Part shown: positions 7,534 to 15,983 of the stretch, one piece after another | Position numbering within the stretch: the stretch's first letter is position 1 | Layout of the letters: each line of letters starts with the position of its first letter | Source of the DNA: a bacterium | GTDB taxonomy: Bacteria > JAJRZV01 | Length of the DNA: 27,933 nucleotides | Direction of reading: 5' to 3' | NCBI GenBank assembly: GCA_024275095.1 | Contig: JAJRZV010000040.1 | Location: forward strand, 1-27,933 | The notes under the pieces: generated by a model | What the model was told of the DNA's origin: nothing | The model's database searches: none | What the model saw: only the letters and a program-made list of their open reading frames with translations | Translations under genes and position numbers: made by a program

Positions 7534-9237
7534 ATGGGTATTCTTGATTTTGCACGTGTAAAACATGATGAAAACCTGCGTGACCTATATGCATTCGAAC
7601 AGCCTGAGTTTACTCTTACAGGACATGCGATAAAACCTGTCAAAAAGGGCCTCCCAAAAGAAATAGAATCGCTTTGCCCTGAATGTACAAAGGTTATCCC
7701 GGGGATTCTTTACGCAGAAAACGGCAAGGTTATGATGAAAAAGGAGTGCGAAGAACACGGGGTTTTTACTGATGTTTTCTTTGGGGACGTTGATCTTTAT
7801 CTGAAAATGGAAAAATTTCACTTCGGAGACCAAAAAGGGGTTGCCAACCCGGCGATTCCAAATGCAAAGGTATGTCCTCTTCAATGCGGCCTGTGCAACA
7901 TGCACCTCTCTCACAGCGGCCTGCCCATTATAGATATTACCAACAGGTGTAACCTTAACTGTCCTGTATGTTTCGCTCACGCGAACCAGGCGGGATTTCT
8001 CTACGAGGTAAATCTGGATCAGGTGCGGTTTATGCTTGAGACACTTCTGGCACAGAGACCTGTGCCTGCCGACCGCATTCAAATTTCAGGTGGAGAGCCG
8101 ACTATTCATCCTCAGTTTTTTGAAATTGTCAGGCTCGTGAAAGAGATGAATTTTGATTATGTTCAGCTTAATACGAACGGCATCAAGATGGCGGATCTGG
8201 AATTTGCACAGCGGGTGAAGGAGGCAGGTGTTGAAACCCTTTATCTCCAGTTTGACGGGCTCAAGCCAGAGACGTACAGGAAGATCCGGGGCGATGAGAG
8301 AGTCCTTGAGAAGAAACTACAAACTGTGGAGAACTGCAGAAAGGTAGGTATAACCATCGTCCTGGTTCCCACCATTGTGGGTGGAATTAACGACTGCGAG
8401 GTTGGAGCAATTCTCAAGTTCGCCATTGAAAATCACGACGTGATTAACGGGATCGCCTTCCAGCCCGTGGCTATCACCGGCAGAATTAATCGCAAGAAGC
8501 GCCAGGAAATGCGTTATACCCAGGCGGACCTGGCGTATGACCTTAAGGAACAAACAGGAATTGTTGAACCGATGCGTGACTGGTTGCCCCTTGCTGCCCT
8601 TACCCCACTCTCCAAACTGGCTGCTGCTCTTAAAGGCAAGCCGGCTCTTACTATTTCCACTCATCCTCACTGTTCTGGAGGCACTTACCTTTTCATTGAC
8701 TCGAAAGGCCAGGCGTATCCCATCGGAAAATTCATTGATTGCGAAGGCATGCTAAAAGAAGCCGACCGCATTGCCCGTGAAATTAAACCTTCGCGTATCA
8801 AGCTCCTTTCAGAAGCCAAGGCCTTTTTTGCATTGAAAAAGTACTTTAAACAAGATAAGGCTCCTGAAGGGCTTACGTTCGAAATCTTTTTGAAAAGCTT
8901 TGACAGTTATCAGAACAGGAACCTGCGCAAGTCCCAGACAGGCCTCAAAGAACACGGATACCCCACGGTCTTTGCTGCTGCCATGCACTTTATGGATTCC
9001 TACAATTACCTGGTAGAGCGCGTGATGCGCTGTGTGATTCACTATGTGACACCTGACGGGAAACTCTATCCCTTTTGTGCGTACAATTCAGGGCCGTGTT
9101 TCCGTGATCGCGTGGAAGCGCGGTTTCGGCTTTCCGAGGAGGAAACGAAGAGAATCATAGTTCAGGAAAATTATCCTCCGGAACTCCGCAGACTCGCGAA
9201 AAAACTCGGTATGGATGTCCCGGAAACGAGAAGTTAA
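7534..9237 (+). CDS. tes: Radical SAM enzyme, tetraether lipid synthase (Tes / GDGT-MAS, MJ0619) family homologue
   Basis: SLCPEC...KKECEEHG (rubredoxin-like metal site), CPLQCGLCNMH (N-terminal auxiliary cluster), IDITNRCNLNCPVCFA (CxxxCxxC), SGGEPT, YLQFDG, FQPV, HPHC and MHFMDSYNYLVERVMRCVIHYVTPDGKLYPFCAYN (C-terminal cluster region). RBS AGGAGG at 7521-7526 favours ATG 7534 over GTG 7528. Confidence 0.88.
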   Translation: MGILDFARVKHDENLRDLYAFEQPEFTLTGHAIKPVKKGLPKEIESLCPECTKVIPGILYAENGKVMMKKECEEHGVFTDVFFGDVDLYLKMEKFHFGDQKGVANPAIPNAKVCPLQCGLCNMHLSHSGLPIIDITNRCNLNCPVCFAHANQAGFLYEVNLDQVRFMLETLLAQRPVPADRIQISGGEPTIHPQFFEIVRLVKEMNFDYVQLNTNGIKMADLEFAQRVKEAGVETLYLQFDGLKPETYRKIRGDERVLEKKLQTVENCRKVGITIVLVPTIVGGINDCEVGAILKFAIENHDVINGIAFQPVAITGRINRKKRQEMRYTQADLAYDLKEQTGIVEPMRDWLPLAALTPLSKLAAALKGKPALTISTHPHCSGGTYLFIDSKGQAYPIGKFIDCEGMLKEADRIAREIKPSRIKLLSEAKAFFALKKYFKQDKAPEGLTFEIFLKSFDSYQNRNLRKSQTGLKEHGYPTVFAAAMHFMDSYNYLVERVMRCVIHYVTPDGKLYPFCAYNSGPCFRDRVEARFRLSEEETKRIIVQENYPPELRRLAKKLGMDVPETRS

Positions 9238-9272
9238 ATTGGGACCCCCAGGGGATGATTTCACGATCGTGG

Positions 9273-9297
9273 AGGGGCGGGGGACCGCCCCTTTTTT
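9273..9297 (+). terminator. Rho-independent terminator after the tes homologue
   Basis: AGGGGCGG-GGGA-CCGCCCCT is a perfect 8-bp stem with a GNRA loop, followed by TTTTT. It sits between the converging tes and oppC-like genes. Confidence 0.88.
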
Positions 9298-9299
9298 AT

Positions 9300-10274
9300 T
9301 TATTGTCCCTTTTCTTTTACTACTAAGGATGCCCGGAGGCTTTCGCCGATAACGTTGAAGGCAATTACCGCCAGTACAATGAATGCCCCGGGAGCAAGGG
9401 TCCAGGGCCGGTCAGCGAGGATGGAGATGTTGAGTGCCTCGGCAAGCATGTTGCCCCACGATGGATCTGGCTCGCGAATGCCGAGCCCCAGCATGCTGAG
9501 CGCTGACTCTCCTAGGATATATGCCGGAATGTTGAGTGTCATCACGACCACTGTATATCCGAGGGTAAGTGGAATGACATGGCGTATGAGGGTGCGTATG
9601 TGACCTGCCCCCATGGCCAGTGAAGCCACCACGTGGTCTGACGTGCGTATGCTGGCAACCATTCCCCTGATGACGCGAGCAAAGCCGGCCCACCCGATAA
9701 AACTGAGTATGAGCACGATAATCAGAAATGTCTGGGCAGATGAAAGCCCTGGTGGAATGACCACTGATAAAGAGAGCAACAGGAAGAATGACGGAAGGGA
9801 CATGAGTACTTCTGTAAGGCGCATGATGAGCATGTCAACCAGACCACCAAAATAACCCGCAATGCCGCCGAAGAGTAACCCCAAAACAGCAGTTATGCAC
9901 ACCCCCACAATGCCGATGCTCAGACTGATACGGCCGCCGTATATGATGCGTGAAAGAATGTCTCTCCCCAGGCTGTCGGAACCGAGAAGAAAGCATGGGC
10001 ATTCACACGAGAGAAGTTTTCCTCTACTGAGTAAGTGAACATTGCATATTCGGCCAGTTTCCCGGTACCCCTCGGGTGTGCGCTGGATTTCGCGCACGTG
10101 GGGCCTGAAGGTGTATCCCCCATCTGTTTTCAGGAAAAAATGTATTCTCATGGGTGGTGCTGCCGGATAACTTCGAAATTGATGCTTATAGCTGTAGGGT
10201 GCCACTATCGGGGCCGCGAGCGCGGAGAAGGCTAGGATAATGAGTATGATCAGAGCCCCCTTTGCTTTCATCAT
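9300..10274 (-). CDS. Peptide/nickel ABC transporter permease (OppC/DppC type)
   Basis: LLGSDSLGRDILSRIIYGGRISLSIG, ARVIRG, ESALSMLGLG...PSWGNML; multiple hydrophobic segments. Confidence 0.93.
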   Translation of the reverse strand: MMKAKGALIILIILAFSALAAPIVAPYSYKHQFRSYPAAPPMRIHFFLKTDGGYTFRPHVREIQRTPEGYRETGRICNVHLLSRGKLLSCECPCFLLGSDSLGRDILSRIIYGGRISLSIGIVGVCITAVLGLLFGGIAGYFGGLVDMLIMRLTEVLMSLPSFFLLLSLSVVIPPGLSSAQTFLIIVLILSFIGWAGFARVIRGMVASIRTSDHVVASLAMGAGHIRTLIRHVIPLTLGYTVVVMTLNIPAYILGESALSMLGLGIREPDPSWGNMLAEALNISILADRPWTLAPGAFIVLAVIAFNVIGESLRASLVVKEKGQ

Positions 10275-11236
10275 TCCACCCGCACGCGTGGATCCACGAC
10301 AGCAAGGGCCGCGTCAGCGAACATGTTGCCGATGACCAGGAGTACCGACCCCATCAGCACTGAACCCATGATGAGGTAAAGGTCCTGGGCCAGTACAGCT
10401 TTGAGCAGTAGGGTGCCGAGCCCCTGGAGGTTGAGAATGATTTCTATCAGTGCGGCTCCGGAAAGCACTGTTGCAAATTCAAAGCCCAGGAGGGTGATGA
10501 AGGGATTGAGCGCGTTTCTCATAACGTGAAGGAGAATGACGCGCCTTTCACTCAGGCCCTTGGCACGTGCAGCTGTAACAAAGGTTTCGTTGATGAATTC
10601 CAGGAAGTTGCTTCTCACCAGGCGAAACAGGTACGAAGCCGAGGGTACACTCATGGCGATGACGGGGAGCACGAGATGGTACAGTCGGTCAATTATTTTT
10701 TGGGGTACGGACATGAAAAAATATTCAGGACTGTAAGTGCCCCCGAGGGGAAAATAAGCGCTACGCGATGCTGCAAACAGCAGAAGAAATGCAATGAGAA
10801 ATCCTGGAGTGTACATGAACAGATATGATGCTCCCATGAGTATTTTGTCTTCCGGCTTGTTTTTGCGCCATGCGGTGAAAATCCCTATGATGAAAGCGAG
10901 TGACCAGGTAACGCATATGCTGGCCAACGATAGAAGAAAGGTATTGAATGCACGCGAGGCAATAAGATCAGCTACGGGTGCACGGTATGCGAAGCTGATG
11001 CCCAGGTCAAGGTGGAGCACCCTCCACAGCCAGTGAAAATACTGCAACAATACGGGCTGGTCGAGGCCGAAACTTTTTCTCAGGCGTTCTACAGTTTCGG
11101 GGGAGATTTGGGGGTTCATTTTCAGCGCGGACAGGTAATCACCCGGTGCTGCCTGAATAATGAGAAACGAAATGAGCGTAATTCCAAGTACCAGCGGGAT
11201 GCTCACAATAAGACGCCTGATGATGATTTTTAACAT
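10271..11236 (-). CDS. Peptide/nickel ABC transporter permease (OppB/DppB type)
   Basis: APGDY...FGLDQPVLLQYFHW...DLGISF; EAA-loop region FVTAARAKGLSERRVILLHVMRNAL. Confidence 0.93.
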   Translation of the reverse strand: MLKIIIRRLIVSIPLVLGITLISFLIIQAAPGDYLSALKMNPQISPETVERLRKSFGLDQPVLLQYFHWLWRVLHLDLGISFAYRAPVADLIASRAFNTFLLSLASICVTWSLAFIIGIFTAWRKNKPEDKILMGASYLFMYTPGFLIAFLLLFAASRSAYFPLGGTYSPEYFFMSVPQKIIDRLYHLVLPVIAMSVPSASYLFRLVRSNFLEFINETFVTAARAKGLSERRVILLHVMRNALNPFITLLGFEFATVLSGAALIEIILNLQGLGTLLLKAVLAQDLYLIMGSVLMGSVLLVIGNMFADAALAVVDPRVRVE

Positions 11237-11243
11237 TTTTCCT

Positions 11244-12926
11244 TCACGGCTCCAGCGTCATGTATTCCCATCGATGCCATCCCCACACAGTAGGATAGAA
11301 ATTTTTCACCCGTGGGAGATAAGCAGAGTAAAGGACCTGACGCACAAGCGGAATCACAGGCAGTTCCCTGTGCAGTATTTCCTGGATTTTCCAGTAAATG
11401 GCGATACGTTTTTTTTCATCGAGTGTGGTTGCTCCTTCATCTACGAGTCGGTCGATCTCAGCCTCCCAGGAAGTGGCGGGTTTTTCCTGCGCAGGATTCC
11501 AGATGTGAAGTTTACCTGACGATTTCAGGATGTTGGCGCCGTTGTGTGGTTCTACTGAACCCGTAAATCCGATGACCACAGCATCCCAGTCAAAGCTGGC
11601 AACAAGCCTTTCCACGAGGCTGTTAAAGTCGAGTGGCCTGAAATTTACCTTCATACCCAGCTTGGTAAGGTCGTCCATAATGATGGAACAGAGTTTTTCC
11701 CGCACCTGGTTGCCCGCGTTGGTGAAGAGGTTGAACTCTATTCGATTGCCCTCCGGATCTTCCAGCCACCCGTCTCCATTGGTATCCACATAGCCGCATT
11801 TTCGGAGGATCTCTTTCGCTTTGGAGGGGTTGTAGTCGTAGTCTTTAAGATGAGGATGATGGTATTTCACATTTGCAGGAGAGATGAAGGCCACGGCCGG
11901 TACTCCAATACCAAGCAGCACGTTTTGCACCATGGTTTTTTTGTCCAGGCTGTATGCCACGGCTCGCAGGAAGCATCGATCGGAGAACCATCGAAGTCGC
12001 GGGTCTGTTTTTCCATTTTTTACGTAGTGGCGGGGGTTGCGATTGAAGGTAAGGAATGTAATTCCTGGTGCTACGCCGGTTTTTTCAATTTTTACTTTCC
12101 CTTTTCTGGAGAGTTTTTTCAGGCGGGATATGTCTTCTGCTCTGGGTGAATAGATGTCTATGTCACCGTGGGTAAATCTCAGGAACTGCGTGTCAGCTGA
12201 TGGAATAATTAACAGAGTTCTGCGTTCGATGTATGGAAGTGGTTGACCATTGTTATCATATTTCCAGTAGTGAGGATTCCGCCGGTAAAGAATGAATTGT
12301 GCGGGTTCGTACCTCACCATGGTATAAGGGCCGGAGGCCACGATGCTTGAGGGGTCTTCGCTTATGTTCCAGCGTGATGCGAATCGTCCTGCTTTGAGAT
12401 CCTTCTCCAGAATGTGTTCTGGAAGTATGGGTATCCCACCTACTGAATGCAGGAAAGGGGCGAAAGGTACAGGAAGATAGAACTCCACAGTACGTTTATC
12501 AGGAGTAAAGAACTGAATAGGTTGACCGTTGACTTTGAGAATGTCGGCATAACTGTTGGGTACGCTGGGGTTGTAGATCACCTTCATGGTGAATATGACG
12601 TCTTCGGATGTAAGAGGGACTCCGTCAGACCACACGAGATTTTTACGAAGCGTAAAAGTCCACCTTTTGCCGTCGGGCGATACTTCCCACCTTTCAGCCA
12701 AAGACGGCTTGAAGTCAAGGGTGAGAGGATCCATTTCCACCAGAGAATCGAACAGCGGCCCCACCGCATCGGTAGAGCTGGTTTCGTCTGCCACAATCAA
12801 ATTAAATGTTTTAGGGTCTGAAAGGGTGGCAAGCCGTAAGGATAGGGGCGGATGACCTCCTGCTTTTTTACAGGCGGGGATAGATAAAAGCAATAACGCT
12901 GAGAATATTGACGCGAATACACGCAT
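11244..12926 (-). CDS. Family 5 (OppA/DppA-like) ABC substrate-binding lipoprotein
   Basis: Lipoprotein signal ending IPAC; SBP5 motifs PSLAERWEVSPDGKRWTFTLRKNLVWSDGVPLTSEDVIFT and SGPY. Confidence 0.93.
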   Translation of the reverse strand: MRVFASIFSALLLLSIPACKKAGGHPPLSLRLATLSDPKTFNLIVADETSSTDAVGPLFDSLVEMDPLTLDFKPSLAERWEVSPDGKRWTFTLRKNLVWSDGVPLTSEDVIFTMKVIYNPSVPNSYADILKVNGQPIQFFTPDKRTVEFYLPVPFAPFLHSVGGIPILPEHILEKDLKAGRFASRWNISEDPSSIVASGPYTMVRYEPAQFILYRRNPHYWKYDNNGQPLPYIERRTLLIIPSADTQFLRFTHGDIDIYSPRAEDISRLKKLSRKGKVKIEKTGVAPGITFLTFNRNPRHYVKNGKTDPRLRWFSDRCFLRAVAYSLDKKTMVQNVLLGIGVPAVAFISPANVKYHHPHLKDYDYNPSKAKEILRKCGYVDTNGDGWLEDPEGNRIEFNLFTNAGNQVREKLCSIIMDDLTKLGMKVNFRPLDFNSLVERLVASFDWDAVVIGFTGSVEPHNGANILKSSGKLHIWNPAQEKPATSWEAEIDRLVDEGATTLDEKKRIAIYWKIQEILHRELPVIPLVRQVLYSAYLPRVKNFYPTVWGWHRWEYMTLEP

Positions 12927-12938
12927 GGATTTGTCTGT

Positions 12939-14405
12939 TCAGTATGAACCCACAAGCGCAGCTGTAGCAGCGAGCCCGAGCAGGCGGCGCAGGTCTTCAT
13001 CCGTAAGTTTTACACCGCCACCGATGAAATACCGCATTTTTCCTGCACTGTTGATGGCATCGTCCACTCCACCGTAAAGGTAAAAGTATTTCCACGGGAG
13101 AATTTCAAGCCCTACCTTCAGGTTGGGATTGGTGGAACGCATAAAATCGTAAGCATCAAGTGTAAACACAAGGGCATCGTTGAAAAATGACGTATCTACG
13201 CCGAATCCGCCTGTAGATTGAATAATTCCACCTCGAAGTGTAAACCGTCCCAAGCGGTATCCGATTTCAGCGCTGAATTTTAATTTCCGCGACAATGTTT
13301 TCTGGATCACAGTGGTTGAGGTTCCGGCTGTCTGGTCTGTGGTTTCGATTATTGTTTCATTGACAGTCATCTCGGGTACGCTGGCTACCTCGAGCAGGTA
13401 GAATTTATTTTTTCTCGGTGAAATTTTGAGGCCGAATATGTTTTTATGCCTGTTTTCCCCGACAGGTTCAAATTCCCCCCGATAGATGAGCTGTATTTGG
13501 AGTTGAGAAGATGCTTTAACCGAGTCGCCGAAGAAAGAGATAACGTTTTTAAACTTTTCGCTCATTTTTTTGTCTGCAACAAGTGAGCCCAGAATTCCTT
13601 CACCGGCATTAATTTTTTTCAACAGTGCTTTGGCTTCCTGTACCGCATCTGAGGCATCAGCTGCAGCCTTCCGAAAGTCTGCAATAGCACTTTTTGTATC
13701 CGATTTTACTCCCCCGAGCAGGTCTGTTACTTCATCCGCGGCCTTTTCAAGTTTCTCGGAAAGTTCAGGGGATTTTTCGCGGATATAAGCTGCAATTTTT
13801 CTCATGTCTGATATGAGTTTGTCTATTTTGTCAGCGTTTTTTTCCATACGCTCGGCGAGATTTTCACTGAACCCTTTGAGATTGGTGATAATTTCTTTGA
13901 GAGATGCTTTTGTCTCTTCGGTGGTCAGTACCTCTTTGAGGCTGGCTGTTATATCTTTGAGGTTATCTGCCACTTCTCCCAGCTTTGCCGATAGGGACTC
14001 AAGGTCCAGAGGCATTTCTTCGCTGGGGATGAATTCTCCTTCCCGGAGGTACCCTGATTCGGGATTGCCGGGTCGAATGTCCAGATACTTATCACCGAGC
14101 ATTCCTCTCATGCGGATATAGATGCGGGAGTCGCGTGGAATTTTATATTGAGGATAAATGAGTAACTTGACCGTGGCTTTACTGTTTTCGAGTTGTTTGC
14201 CCACTACCTGTCCGACTTTGATTCCGGCGATGTAAACGGGAGTTTCTTTCACGACACCGTAAGCATTTTCAAAAGAAGCGTAAAGGGTATAGCCGTGCAT
14301 TTTCTCACCGTATTTACCGAAACGGAAGGTGAGCCAGAAGGATATGAGGAGTGTAAGGAATACGAATATTCCGACCTTCACCTGAGATGTCAGTCCCGTG
14401 CCCAT
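12939..14405 (-). CDS. mlaD: MlaD/MCE-family protein, long form: TM-MCE, helical stalk, beta-rich C-terminal domain
   Basis: N-terminal TM (KVGIFVFLTLL), MCE domain (PVYIAGIKVGQV, GMLGDKYLDIRPG), a long heptad-like helical region, then alternating beta-strand segments (KFSAEIGYRLGRFTLRGGIIQSTGGFGVD...YFIGGGVKL). Confidence 0.88.
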   Translation of the reverse strand: MGTGLTSQVKVGIFVFLTLLISFWLTFRFGKYGEKMHGYTLYASFENAYGVVKETPVYIAGIKVGQVVGKQLENSKATVKLLIYPQYKIPRDSRIYIRMRGMLGDKYLDIRPGNPESGYLREGEFIPSEEMPLDLESLSAKLGEVADNLKDITASLKEVLTTEETKASLKEIITNLKGFSENLAERMEKNADKIDKLISDMRKIAAYIREKSPELSEKLEKAADEVTDLLGGVKSDTKSAIADFRKAAADASDAVQEAKALLKKINAGEGILGSLVADKKMSEKFKNVISFFGDSVKASSQLQIQLIYRGEFEPVGENRHKNIFGLKISPRKNKFYLLEVASVPEMTVNETIIETTDQTAGTSTTVIQKTLSRKLKFSAEIGYRLGRFTLRGGIIQSTGGFGVDTSFFNDALVFTLDAYDFMRSTNPNLKVGLEILPWKYFYLYGGVDDAINSAGKMRYFIGGGVKLTDEDLRRLLGLAATAALVGSY

Positions 14406-14412
14406 GTTTTAA

Positions 14413-15174
14413 CTAATCCATAATTTTTATCGGGCCTTCAGCCTTTCTGTGGAGGAATTGTAACACAACCTCGTTGCTTGTGTTTCGGAATTCATCAGGT
14501 GTGCCTTCCTCAATAATACGTCCTCCGTAAAGCATGGCGATCTTGTCGGCAATTTTGAAGGTGCTTTGAATGTCATGGGTAATGACAATACACGTGATGC
14601 CGAGTTCATCCCGCGTTTTAATAATGAGATTGTCAATAATATCGCACATCACGGGATCGAGCCCCGTGGTGGGTTCGTCGAATATAATTACTTTCGGCTC
14701 TAAGGCCACCGCCCTTGCCAGAGCCACGCGCTTTTTCATTCCTCCGCTCAGTTCGGCTGGATACTTGCCTTCCACATCTTTCAGCCCCAATCTGTGAAGT
14801 ATCTCCTGGACACGTTCTTTAATTTCTGCCTTTGTCATCTTCGTATGTTCCACAAGGGGAAAAGCGATGTTTTCTTCCACGGTCATGGAATCGAACAGGG
14901 CACCGGACTGGTAGAGCATCCCGAATTCTTTGAGCATCTCTTTTCGTTCATGAGTGGGCATGTTGACCACGTCTCGGCCTTCGTAAAGGATACGCCCTTT
15001 GTCAGGTTTGAGCAGTCCCACAATGTGTTTTATCAATACTGTTTTCCCGCATCCGCTGCGTCCCAGAATCACGGTGGTTTTATGTCGAATGACTGTGAGA
15101 TTGACGCCGTCGAGTACCTTCACATCACCAAACGATTTGTGGAGGTCTTCTATGACAATAACTGCGTCTTCCAT
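14413..15174 (-). CDS. mlaF: MlaF/Mkl-family ABC ATPase
   Basis: Walker A GRSGCGKT, QSGALFDSMTVEENIAFPL, signature ELSGGMKKRVALARA, Walker B IIFDEPTTGLDP. ATG at 15174 follows AAGGA (ORF track starts at 15186). Confidence 0.92.
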   Translation of the reverse strand: MEDAVIVIEDLHKSFGDVKVLDGVNLTVIRHKTTVILGRSGCGKTVLIKHIVGLLKPDKGRILYEGRDVVNMPTHERKEMLKEFGMLYQSGALFDSMTVEENIAFPLVEHTKMTKAEIKERVQEILHRLGLKDVEGKYPAELSGGMKKRVALARAVALEPKVIIFDEPTTGLDPVMCDIIDNLIIKTRDELGITCIVITHDIQSTFKIADKIAMLYGGRIIEEGTPDEFRNTSNEVVLQFLHRKAEGPIKIMD

Positions 15175-15182
15175 TGGTCCTT

Positions 15183-15983
15183 TCAATACATCAATGCTGT
15201 GAGCAAATAGTCAAAAATAAATATGGATACTGATGCCACTACCACAGCATGAGTGGTTGCCCTTCCCACACCTTCTGCGCCACCCGATGCGTTGTAGCCC
15301 ATGTGTGTACAAATGGCCGATATTACGTAGCCAAATACAGCAGCTTTGAGAAAACCGTTAAAATAGTCTTCTGCTGTCACGTAGTAGAAAATCTGGTCCC
15401 AGTATGCAAACGAGGTTACGCCCACGACATTTACGCTGATGATATGTCCACCGATGAGGCCCAGGAATGTGAACAGGGCGTTGAGGAGGGGTAACATCAG
15501 TATGGAGGCAACAAGCCGGGGAGTAATGATGTACTGGACCGGGTCAATGCCCATGGTAAAAATAGCATCAATTTGTTCAGAAATTCGCATTGTTCCGATT
15601 TCTGCCGCCATTGCACTTCCTGCGCGAGCAGTTACTAAGAGAGCGGTAAACACCGGTGCAAGTTCTCTGGTCAGTGAAAGTGCCACTGTTGGTCCGATAA
15701 GCGTTTCCGCACGAAAGAGTCGAAAGGCGTGGGAAGACTGAAACGCCAGGATCATTCCGGTAAAAAGGCCGGTCAACCCGACAATAAATGTTGATTGTGC
15801 TCCGATAAACTCCATCTGTTTAAGAAGATTTCTCCACCTGTAAGGGGGTACGAACGCAAGATATAAGCCACGAATTGCATTGATGAAGATGCCCCCCGTT
15901 TCTGAAAGAAAAGTCGAGGAGGTGGCGCCGAGCTTGTCGAAAAACAACAGCAATTTCTCTTGGAACTTTTTCATTGTATCCAT
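15183..15983 (-). CDS. mlaE: MlaE-family ABC permease
   Basis: RELAPVFTALLVTARAGSAMAAEIGTMRISEQIDA and GAEGVGRATTHAVV. Confidence 0.95.
   Translation of the reverse strand: MDTMKKFQEKLLLFFDKLGATSSTFLSETGGIFINAIRGLYLAFVPPYRWRNLLKQMEFIGAQSTFIVGLTGLFTGMILAFQSSHAFRLFRAETLIGPTVALSLTRELAPVFTALLVTARAGSAMAAEIGTMRISEQIDAIFTMGIDPVQYIITPRLVASILMLPLLNALFTFLGLIGGHIISVNVVGVTSFAYWDQIFYYVTAEDYFNGFLKAAVFGYVISAICTHMGYNASGGAEGVGRATTHAVVVASVSIFIFDYLLTALMY

Noticed and set aside
7534-9237. Alternative reading as MoaA, PqqE or a methanopterin methyltransferase
   Set aside because: The N-terminal CxxC...CxxH and CxxxCxxCxxH sites and the MHFMD...RCVIHY...PFC tail fit the MJ0619/Tes family. The methyltransferase label is an older annotation of that same family. 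There is no SPASM or MoaA C-terminal motif and no precursor peptide nearby.
9238-9272. Short GC-rich stretch (CCCC-A-GGGG) between the tes stop and its terminator as a small RNA
   Set aside because: It is too short and resembles no RNA family I recognise; most simply 3' UTR.
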